A stretch of 64,000 nucleotides of DNA, taken from Haliotis rubra (lineage: Eukaryota). Both the position numbers and the translations under genes were made by a program. Positions within the stretch are counted from its first letter, which is position 1, and the number at the start of each line of letters is the position of its first letter. The stretch lies in contig NW_025767021.1 in NCBI RefSeq assembly GCF_003918875.1, positions 248,001 through 312,000 of the forward strand, given 5' to 3'. This document shows positions 27,636-39,000 of the stretch, piece by piece. The notes below the pieces were generated by a model. That model had not been told where the DNA came from, searched no databases, and saw only the letters and a list, made by a program, of their open reading frames with translations.

Positions 27636-28698
27636 CGCGAGTGTAAATATTAATACCAAATAAATTTAGCTGAATTTACCCCATTAGGTGCTGTAATAAT
27701 CATGCAAAGTTTAGATGCATTGGTGAAGAGAAGAGACGTTGAAGTATATAATATGATCTGTTCACATGCTACAGAAACAATAGAAGTAACAGTCACTGAC
27801 CAAGTCATTGCTGGATGAGGTAGCTGAAGACAAAGGGAACCCTATACTAACTAACAAAACTACTTTTCCTATTTATTTGTTCAGTGTGTTTAGGTTCGTT
27901 GAGAGAGCTGTTATCTACTCAAGTTTAAAATACATAAATTAAAGTACACAATATTTACATTGTGGTATATAAATTTCATAAAGACAAGCAATCAGTTTTT
28001 GTGAGAATCCTTGAGTTTGTTAGCTCGATAGGGTGACTAAACTCTGTACTGTTAAACAATGAATATGTAGCTAGTCTTGCTGAAGGGTTACATAACTGAA
28101 AAAGTGGTAGCCTAATGGGCTATTAAAATCCGATTAGCCATGGTTATGATGGTGTCGCAGGCTCTAATGAGTGGTCACTAGCCATTTCTCACATTTATCC
28201 CGCATTGTAATTTACAAGATCCTGCATGATATGGTCAAACCTGATATGACACAAACAAATGCCTAGAATGTCACTGTCAAATATCTTGAATGAGACACTG
28301 TTAGAAAAAAAAATCTAGAAACTGAGGTACTTGACATATTATTAGTGTGTCAATCATGTTGAAAGAGATGGTTGACTGAAAAAGGAATCCTGTGCTCAGA
28401 CTATATAAATTGGTTACTAGCATAGGATTATCAAGTCCAATATCAACTATTTACAGGTAACCTTCTCACAGATGAAATAACAGAGTGTGGCATTTAGCAG
28501 CTAAAACCTTTTGACTTTCATACATCTAAAGAGTTATATGGGTCTCTTGAAGTTTCAGAATACAGTGGTACCTTCTTCAGCTCACAAAACCATCTTGTCA
28601 ATGTAAATGTGATGAAGTTCCTGTAGTTGCCTGTGTTGTATTGGTTACCTGTTCATTACTTTTCAGACAGGTATTGAGTGGGGTCTTCATCAGCCAAG

Positions 28699-29127
28699 AT
28701 GTCGTACATGTTGCAGCATCTCCACAATGGCTGGCAGGTGGACCAGGCCATATTGTCGGAGGAGGATCGGGTGGTCATCATCCGCTTCGGCCACGACTGG
28801 GACCCCAGCTGCATGGTCATGGATGAAACTTTGTACAAGTGTGCCGAGAAAGTGAAGAACTTTGCTGTGATATACTTGGTGGACATTTCTGCAGTTCCAG
28901 ATTTCAACAAAATGTACGAGTTGTATGACCCCTGCACCTCCATGTTTTTCTACAGAAACAAGCACATCATGATTGATTTGGGTACTGGCAACAACAACAA
29001 GATCAACTGGTGTATGGAGGATGTTCAGGAGTTTATTGACATTGTGGAGACAGTGTACCGGGGCCCGAGGAAAGGGCGAGGTTTGGTTGTGTCACCAAAA
29101 GACTACTCTACCAAGTACAGATACTGA
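28699..29127 (+). CDS. TXNL4A: Thioredoxin-like protein 4A (Dim1, U5 snRNP 15 kDa), 142 aa, intronless CDS
   Basis: MSYMLQHLHNGWQVDQAILSEEDRVVIIRFGHDWDP...HIMIDLGTGNNNKINW...GRGLVVSPKDYSTKYRY*; canonical length. Confidence 0.98.
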   Translation: MSYMLQHLHNGWQVDQAILSEEDRVVIIRFGHDWDPSCMVMDETLYKCAEKVKNFAVIYLVDISAVPDFNKMYELYDPCTSMFFYRNKHIMIDLGTGNNNKINWCMEDVQEFIDIVETVYRGPRKGRGLVVSPKDYSTKYRY

Positions 29128-29796
29128 CAGCTTTCACAATTGCATTACCGGTATATGTATCATAAAGTGTCATTGGTCATTTGTTTCGCTATTCATGTTT
29201 CACCAACATTGATACAAGTTACCACATTCAGAGTGCTGCAGTGGCCATGTAATGAAAAATAGACAGTTTCTTGAAGTGAAATGCCATTAGAAATGTGTAA
29301 ACATCAAATAGCCCATAAGTTAACCATAACAAAGGTTGTTGTCAGTAATGACTTATTAAGCATATATATTCACATCCCATGCACATAATAGATAAAGTGA
29401 AGGTTTCCATTGCCATAAACACTAACCATCAGAAGTTCTCAAGTTATATATCATTGAAAAGTTGAGAAGCAGTGTAGTTTCTCAATTGTGAAGGCAGACT
29501 GTACATTACAATCTGAGGCCCTGTTCAACACATAGACATTTGTTTCGCGATGCCATCTGTTGCCATGGTAACGGACAACATCAGGAAAGACTAATTATTA
29601 TGATTGTCGTATTGTCTGGGACAGGAAATAAACATGTTGTGCTATGTTGCTTTTTGTGCTTTGTTGGTAAGTATAACTGTCAACATGGTCAAGTGTAGGA
29701 ATTTGGTTTGTTTTGGTTGACATTCTCTGTGTCTCTGGTCTCATCAATTACAGTGAGAATGAATGGTATGTGAAAGTCAGCAAAAAGCATACTATA

Positions 29797-30904
29797 CTGA
29801 ACAGCAAACGAAACACAAGTCTGGCTTTTTGTCAAGTTTTTGAATAGAAGACAACCAAAATCATGTCTAGTCATTTATTCTATAGAAAAATGTTCAAATT
29901 GATCACAGTCCGTCAAATGGAGAACGCGAAAAGTGACAGACTCTTTAGTAGCACGTATAGCCACCTTGAGCTTGCACACAGGCCGTGCAATGTGGCCTCA
30001 TTGAGTTCACTAGAGTCTGAAAGGATGCCTGAGGCAATTGGTTCCGCCCAAACACCAATCTCTATTCCAAATGTGCAAGTGTGAGTGGCTGTCTACCTGC
30101 CCCAATCCTCCGTCCAATTTCGTCCCAGAATGTTCAATGGGAGCCATATCCGGTAACGAGATGGCCATAGCAAAATGTTAATGTTGTTCTGAGCCAGACA
30201 ATCCATCGACACCCTTGCTGTGTGAGGGCTGCAAACGTCATTGGCGTTGTTGACGTGCCAAAATTGGCCCCACATATGGCCTTCAGCAGTGGATTCCAGC
30301 AGCCGGAAGACGACGCCTAATCGTATCGCTGGACACTGCTCCCCTTGACCCAAGAACTAAGGCTGCTGTTACTGTTGCTGCTTGAGTTCGGTTCCTTAGA
30401 TGAGTGACCCGGATGAACCGATCTTGCGTATGAGTTGTTACTCGTTGCCGTCCGGTACAGGGACTATCAGCAGCAACCCCTGTTTGCTGATGACGTTGAG
30501 CAAGTCGTGTAATGGTGGTAAAATGACAGCCCAATTGTCTAGCTACCTCCGTGCAACTTTCCAATGGCCATTCCCCTCTGCTCAGTCGTTAGTCTAGGCA
30601 TCGTTTGTGTGGCGTGTACACCTCCTAGCGTCAATGCTGAACTCTTTTGACACAAACCTTTATAAAGGATACCTCAGAGTGAAATGCATGTTTTCCATCC
30701 AGAACTGTCAATGCACGTGCTAAAATTATTGTTTTGTTGCACTCACTGTTGGTGTGTTTGTGCCAGTGTTTCGTATGGACGTCAAATTGCATGACATCTC
30801 ATCGGGGATCATGACGTCACTTTACCATGAACGTTCCATAAACATGAACGCTTACCTTCATGAAATTTCATTTTTTCGAAACTTGCGTTTCTTTTGCTGT
30901 TCAG
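29797..30904 (-). mobile_element. Tc1/mariner element, internally deleted, both TIRs present
   Basis: TA|ctgaacagcaaacgaaacacaagt ... acttgcgtttcttttgctgttcag|TA. Transposase fragments VARQLGCHFTTITRL, QDRFIRVTHLRNR and NINILLWPSR. Confidence 0.92.
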
Positions 30905-33900
30905 TATATTTCTTACTGGTCTGCAAATAATCAAGTATTGGCCAAGCAAAACAGTGATTGATAGTGTGAGTAAAAATCCAGAAGTAATGATCAGTCAACG
31001 TCCCTCAGTGTGACGTCCTGATACAGTGGTGACAAGAATGGAATCCTGGGGATACATCCTTATGAACAAGTGTCTCATTGTCGTGAGGTAAACGGAAAGT
31101 AGGTACCAGTACATGAATATCTAATAAAATTTGGTATGTGCATAGTAAACAAACAATACATCACTTGGACATGGTAGTTTTTTTCAGTCTATTTGACCAG
31201 TGTAAAACACATGCTGTGTGAAACATTTCCACTTGTTTGGGAAACCAGAAAATTACAAAACCAAAACATATGTCTCAAGTGACTTTCAGTAAATAAGAAA
31301 ATAATTGAGATTTGAACCTTGAACAAATCATCTGAATCGGAGTGGAATTGTTTTGGTCCAGTGTACCTTATACTGCACAAAGAGTATTATGTATGTGAAA
31401 TATATTGTAACAGAATCTGAACTTTATCAACTTTAATAATTCAAAACTCTAACATGTACAGATACATGGTGTGTCATCTGTAAATAAAGCATAAATTATG
31501 AAAACCCTAAAGAATTATGTTTGTGCATGTTGTGAAATCAATGGAATGTTTCCATCTACGACTCATGGTCAAAGGGAGATAATTCTGTCGAATTACCTCC
31601 CTTGCACCACACAGCCAGCTTATGTAAGCCCGTCACCAGCTGCAACAACACACGTCGTGGATAGTACCCTTGAGGTTTGTTTTAATATTTCTCATTGTAA
31701 TCCAACTAGCGTACATCCATGGACTTTGATCAGTAGGCGAACGAACATTGAAAGCTTGAATGTTAAAAAACTCAGTGATGTTTTCCCTCCTGTTGACGTG
31801 AAGCCGGCGCCAAGTAGGCCAATAAAGATCCCGAACATTGTACTTCAGCATAACATACTCATTTTCCGCTTACACATGCCTGTCTGCTAAACGAACGGTC
31901 AGATGTTTACTAGTACATGTACCACATGAAAATGCGATCAGATATCTTTCTTTAAGTTCTGAACTACCACCAGGCATATAGAGTGTCGTTAAATCAATAA
32001 ATGTGGTCTCTCTTTACACGAACACACAATTTACTGAATGTCCTATACTTACAATCCAACAAAGAATCAGAACCAAGAATCTGTGCTTCAGAACGTTAAT
32101 CTGAATATGAGGTAGGCAGTACGAGTTGTTATATCCCAGTATCACCCCTAGACCTAATTTGCAGTAAAAATAAGTTTGTGGGATAACAAAACCTTTTTCA
32201 AAGGATCCAGACTGAAGAAATAATATTTTCCAGCCAAAAGTAACATCTGACCAGGAATCTTGTTTCTGGATAACTTTATTGCTGGGCCACACTTGAACAC
32301 CCATCTAGCATTACTCTTTTCAAAAGTGATTCCCAATTTCTTGTGCTCAACACAAAGTTAGGTCAAGAATACTGTGTAACAGAGGTATTCTTAGATGATA
32401 GTTTAATGAGGATCGAATACTTGTGGAGGTTTTCAGGGATCTATTCCAGACTGGTAACGTGGGATATGGAGATCCCCAGTTGGCTCTCAGTCCATAAAAC
32501 TGGACTAACAAAACGCCCTGAATGATAAAATATACATCAATTAATACATGTCTCTCATATATGTAATACATATCATGTTATACATTCAGTATAGTTCTAT
32601 TTATAATACCCAGATTTAAACAAAGACATGTGCTCTAATTATCACTCACATATATGACAACTATTATTACTAATATTTACAATCACATTCTGAAAACAAT
32701 ACCTCACCTCGTCTCAGGGATGCAGGCAGAATAGTCCAACAGCTAATATGAACATCTCATTCTCAGTGAAACTAAATAAACAAAACATTGCCTAAGTATA
32801 CTTCTAGTATATACAGATATACATCATAAACGGCATTAGCGTACACGCAAATGGTAACCTGACTGACCCTAGTATACACATAAATATGCATATAGAAACT
32901 AAACCTTATTATAAACATGCATGGTACACATTACTGTATCATGTCAATCATAAAATAGCTAATACATATACATGCTACGTACACATGACACAAATTGCAG
33001 TATCATGGTGGTATAAAATACCCTACAAACAAACTCATACCAGCATACTAATGTACTGGAATACAATACATCATACATTTGTCTAAAATACTAGGTTACT
33101 AGGTATGCATATATTTATTGACAAACACCTAACATACCGATACACTAAATATGATAAAACACAATTCCTTAAACCCATGTAATCTAACACACTAGATCCT
33201 AATAGCCCTACTATACATATAATACTAAAAGATCTAACTTAACTTACCCCATAATGTGCTGGTGTTGTGCTGTGATAGTGCTAAGGAGAAAAATGTAGAC
33301 TGCTACAAGTGAAAGGCAGTGGAAAGCTTTAAATATGACAAGAAGCTGAAATCTATAAAACAATAGGAACCTTGACAACAGGCCAATGTGGAGTTTGAAC
33401 CTGACACAGATCACTTAACCAAGTAACAATAGACCCCAAGCTAGCTTACCAGTGAGTTAGTTAAACAGTGCACATGTTAGTGTTAACACAGGCCAGTTTG
33501 GTAATGATAATGTTTATGTCTAAGTTTAAAATAATGAAGTTTAACACATTAAAATGGCACACTTATTTACACACTGTTACAACTGCATAAGTCATATGCT
33601 GATTGCAGGAACAGAAAACAATGGCGTCACTGGCTCAGCATCCTCAGTAGCCATCAAATATTTCTGCAGAACTCCGCAAATGTCCCAGAGAAAACGGCGC
33701 AGACCTCAACAACGCACTATCCAAACTGCACTGTTGTGTAGTTAGGTACCCTCCTGTTATTCTCGTAACATCTACCTTTAACACACAACTACTGCAGTAC
33801 TTACAAGTAACAGTAGTTACAAGAATGTTGTTAGGTCTTAAGTTCTCTTAACCAGTCAAAAATGCCATTACATAAGTAGTCCAGAAGCTCAAATCAAGAT

Positions 33901-34009
33901 GTTCGAAGGTTTCCATGTGTAGAAGAATGCTAATTCAGTCTCTGAGGAAGGAGTAAGACACAGATTCAGTATCATGGCATATACATTTGACAAGGAAAAC
34001 TATGAACCA

Positions 34010-34750
34010 ACTCTTCATCTAGTATCTGCTACTTTGTTATCCCTTGCCTGGGAGGATTACGGCACTGAGAGTAAAGTTATAGGTATCGCTGATCCAGAGC
34101 AGACTATGCATGTACATTTATCATGTCTTTACTGTGAGTTGAGTCATTTTATCAAGCTTCGTACAGTCCTATTATCAGTACAGACACTCGCTCATGAGTG
34201 ATTCTGTTTACAGCTGCTGAATTGATGGCGAAAGCTGAATATAGTTAATATGCCAAGCCTGTAAACCAGGGAAGTCACACTCAGGGCTTATGTGATCTCC
34301 ATACACCCCACCACACCCATCTGAACAAGCATCATGATGGAGACTTGTGATAGGGTGCTTGTCCTGTCTCCTCTCAGTACCAGGGAACATCAAGGGAACC
34401 AATCCAGCGGTGTATGTCGGCTTTAAAGTCAATTGACAGCCATACTCGGTGGTTTCTATGTACCATAGCTGTTCTTTAGCAATAGTGTTCATCTCAAGAA
34501 CCGTCTACCACCTCTAGCCACCTGGCTTAACCAACTGAGCTTCCTGCCAGTATCGAGAGTTTGTGGTTACTGGCACTGAATAGTCCTACAGCACCAACAG
34601 TCGAGGACAGGGTATAAGAAACCATGTCTAATAACTCACCAAGAAATGTAAGCTGTGTTGAGTACAGGCAGTTTTTGTCCAGTTAATGATAAGACCTAGA
34701 TATTCCAAACGTGCTTGAAATGCTGTTCACTAGGTATAGTTGCTAACATT
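34010..34750 (-). mobile_element. Degraded DIRS-type retrotransposon RT/RNase H fragment
   Basis: Minus-strand translations across frameshifts: LEYLGLIINWTK..TQLTFLG (RT end), HDACSDGCGGVY (TDAS-GWG-like), WHINYIQL (WHINxLEL-like), LSAVILPGK.NKVAD, in the DIRS order. Confidence 0.65.
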
Positions 34751-35548
34751 TACAAAGTGGATTCATCACCTCTCAAGATGTTTTACCCAACTGAAACATA
34801 TACAAGTGAAATTACAAGCCACCAGTTATCATTTTTAAAACAATGGCAATACACTTTTGACAAACCTGTTTGAAGTGTCACGCAACAAAGAAATTCACCT
34901 GAAGCAAACTTGTGGGCATGCTCTGATGATGTAATTTGATATATTTGTGAGGCTATGATCTATAGATTATGATAACCATTCTGAACAATGCAGCTGTGTG
35001 ATGCTGTGGTGCTTCATATTTCTGAGACCAATCATCTTTAGGATTGTTAACATGCAAATGTGCAAATATTGGAATTATTTAGAAATTCCAGGGCTGATAT
35101 GAGTCTTAATTTATGGCCTTGTTACTTGATCCCATAATATCTACCTGGATACCCACTGTAGGTCTCAAGAGTTGGGTATACAATGTCTCATTGGAAATTG
35201 TCTTACAAGAGTCCGGTGGCTGAAAAAAATATCTGAAACATATAGTAAAAAAGAATCTAATCACACATGCACCAAAACTGATTGCAGTTTTAATTTTTCT
35301 CAAACATATTCATGTCCGAGGGATTATGTAAATCAGCTATTTATAGTGCAGCCATAGAGTTCTATTGTTTGATATATGATACAATGATCTAATCATTGAA
35401 GGTTATCAAAGAAGCTGAGTTTTGTCTGTAGTAAAATGTGTGGATGTCAGAAGGCATGTCGGCATTGTTAGAAAGTAATGTGAATATTGACAGCTCGTAG
35501 TGAAACCAAGTAGTTATGTTGGTATTTCATTAACACATATAACATCAC

Positions 35549-36050
35549 TACCCATGGGTCAGGGTCGTCCTGTGGGTACCTGGGTCCCACTCAGGTACCC
35601 ATGGGTCAGGGTCGTCCTGTGGGTACCTGGGTCTCACTCAGGTACCCATGGGTCAGGGCCGTCCTGTGGGTACCTGGGTCTCACTCAGGTACCCATTGGG
35701 TGAGGGTTGTCCTGTGTGTACCTGGGTCTCACTCAGGTACCCATGGGTCAGGGCCGTCCTGTGGGTACCTGGGTTCCACTCAGATACCCATGGGTCAGGG
35801 TCGTCCTGTAGGTACCGGGGTCTCACTCAGGTACCCATGGGTCAGGGCTGTCCTGTGGGTACCTGGGTCTCACTCAGGTACCCATGGGTCAGGGCCGTCC
35901 TGTGGGTACCTGGGTCTCACTCAGGTACCCATGGGTCAGGGTCGTCCTGTGGGTACCTGGGTTCCACTCAGGTACCCATGGGTCTGGGTTTTCTTGTGGG
36001 TACCTGGTACCCATGGGTCAGGGTCGTCCTGTAGGTACCTGGGTCTCAGG
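35549..36050. repeat. GC-rich minisatellite, 47-bp unit (cccatgggtcagggtcgtcctgtgggtacctgggtctcactcaggta), about 10 copies
   Basis: Directly visible; it explains the repetitive ORFs at 35500-36104. Confidence 0.95.
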
Positions 36051-36054
36051 TCTC

Positions 36055-39000
36055 ATGAGACCCAGGTATATTCATCTGAAAGAGTAACATACTGGCCATT
36101 GTAGGTGGAGGTATCTCTGGCCTGGTGTGTGCTGCCAGACTAGGGCAGCTGAACATCCATGATGTCACCGTGTTTGATACAGGTAATGTAGCACTCCCGG
36201 TCATATGATGGCTGCCACCACCTGTTTCTATGTTTCTGACCTGAGGAAGGAGGTACAAATATTGAAAACATTGAACCAGACCAATGGTAAATTAACCTGA
36301 AAACACTTTGTGCTTGAACAGTATTTGAAGCAGTATCAACCACTGGCAGACTGTATATGATATACACAGAGGCGTGGCAGGTGGAACCAGAGGTGAAGGT
36401 CAACATTCTAACACTCCATTGGTATTGTGGTTCTTAGTTGTAATAATTCAAGGAAATCTTTTTGAATAAAGTACATAAAGCAGTGCCTGCTTTTACAAGA
36501 TTAGAGATATTTATGTTCTCATTGCTTCACCCTGCAGGTCAAAACGCAGTGGGAGGGCGCTGTTCAACCCGCCATGTACAGATTGAGGGGAAGACATACA
36601 TATTTGATCACTCCGCCCAGTACTTTACGGTCTCTGACAAACGGTTTGCAAAAATTGTGAGTTTTCTGCATTCAAAAGGGGCAGTGAAAGTGTGGCCAGG
36701 GAAGATTGGACATCTGAAGAAGGGCAGATTCTCCACAGATGCTGGTATCACACAGGCTTTTATTGGCAGTGAGGGGATGAGGTCCGTGGTGGAGTGTCTG
36801 GCATCACTCAGTAAAGTACAGCGGCCATGTTGGGTTGGGAATGTCAGCTTCGACAGCGTGTCCAGGAAATGGCAGGTAGACAAGTATGGCTTCTTTGACT
36901 ATTTGGTTGTGGCTCATAATGGTAAGTGTGCCGACAAGCTGATGTCCAGCGCTGGAGTACCTGACGTTCACCGACTGCTGAGAGTGAGGTTTGGGGATGA
37001 GCTTGTTGTCCGGGATCACCGGATGCAGCTCTGTTCATTGTGGGTCCTACTTGTTGCCTTCAGGGAGCCACTTAAACTCTCCTTCCAGGGAGCTCATGTT
37101 GAACATCAAGATATATCATGGATTGCAAACAACACTGCCAAGCTGGGTCAGAAGTTTCCCGCAAGTAAAATTGAATGTTGGACTGTATTTAGTACAAGAG
37201 AGTTTGGTACAGCAAACAAGGTTCCCCAGGAAAACATTCCTCCCGGGGAAGGCTCAAGGTGTAACAAACAAGCTTCTAGCTGCATTCAGTCAGGCAACAG
37301 GGAAGGGCCAGCTCCCGGAAGTGGTGTATTCCCGGGTACAGTTGTGGGGGGCCGCTGTGCCCATGAATGTGCTGGCAACAGATGAAGAGTGTGTGTTTGA
37401 CAGCTTCAACAATGTGGGTGTCTGTGGGGACTGGCTGGTCAGCCCTTGTATCCAGGGAGCAGCGGTCAGCGGACTCGCGCTGGCAGAGAGGATACATCAA
37501 CACTGTAACGGTAGGAGTCATTCATTCATATATGCAATCTTTGAGAATGGTTAAATTCATAACATTTATATATGTAGGATGCTCTTTCGGAAACAAAGTG
37601 AATCTTTTGTACACAATGTGTACAAGAGATGTGCTACCCAGTTTTCTTAGAGTGTAAAGAAACGGTTGAATTCATTTTTTTGTGCTTACGACTACTAGGA
37701 CAGATGCTTGCCAGATCTCATTATAAATGTATTGTCATTTAAGGGATTTGTTTTTCAGACCCTGTAATAAATCTGTTATACATCTAGTAATCTTGCAATT
37801 GCAATGGTTCATCTGTACAAACTAAACCATTTCAGCAAACACCTTTAATTAAGTCACTGAATTTGAATATGACCCATCGCATGATGAGCATTGAAGTGTC
37901 GTGGTGTATTTTGACTCCTCTGATAGAAAACAAGATGGCATCTGGTACTGGAAAACAAGATGGCGTCTGGTACTATTATATCTCATTGTTTACAGCAAGG
38001 TTACTGTAACAACTTGAAGGCTTCATAAACTTTAGAGAGAACAAATGATTAGTCTTGGTGAGGTCGACTGTGAACTTGATCCTATCTGACCACCTCCTGT
38101 TTCAGGTACACAGGTCCTTGTTTACACATACTGACCTTCTGCAGAGTAGCTGTTTGTATAATATTGCAGTGTAAAGGATGTGCTCCCTAGGTGTTATAGA
38201 TATATTGCAGTGTAAAGGATGTGCACCCCAGGTGTTATAGATGTATTACTGTGTAAAGGATGTGCTCCCTAGGTGTTATAGATGTATTACTGTGTAAAGG
38301 ATGTGCACCCCAGGTGTTATATATGTATTGCAGTGTAAAGGATGTGCTCCCTAGGTGTTATAGATGTATTACTGTGTAAAGGATGTGCACCCCAGGTGTT
38401 ATATATGTATTGCAGTGTAAAGGATGTGCTCCCCAGGTGTTATAGATGTATTGCAGGTGATTATAGATGTATTACTGTGTAAAGGATGTGCACCCCAGGT
38501 GTTATATATGTATTGCAGTGTAAAGGATGTGCCCCAGGTGTTATAGATGTATTGCCCTGTAAAGATGTGCTCCCCAGGTGTTCTAGATGTATTGCCGCAG
38601 TGTAAAGGATGTGCTCCCCCAGGTGTTCTATATGTATTGCAGTGTAAATTGCTCCCCCAGGTGTTATATATGTATTGCGTGTAAAGGATGTGCTCTCCAG
38701 GTGTTCTCCGTGTAAAGGATATGCACCCCAGGTGGTCTAGATATATTGCAGTGTAAAGGATGTGCTCCCCAGGTGTTATAGATGTATTGCAGTGTAAAGG
38801 ATGTGCTCCCCAGGTGTTATAGATGTATTGCAGTGTAAAGGATGTGCTGCCAGGTGTATTGCAGTGTAAAGGATGTGCTGCCAGGTGTTATAGATGTATT
38901 GCAGTGTAAAGGATGTGCACCCCAGGTGTTATAGATGTATTGCAGTGTAAAGGATGTGCTCCCAGGTGTTATAGATGTATTGCAGTGTAAAGGATGTGCT

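Noticed and set aside
33609-33745. Possible upstream coding exon of the oxidoreductase
   Set aside because: Both ATG frames stop before the donor-like site; no support beyond AG/GT dinucleotides.
37235-37260. Programmed ribosomal frameshift
   Set aside because: A +1 shift is needed, there is no recognised slippery or stimulatory signal, and similar 1-bp insertions occur elsewhere in the window.
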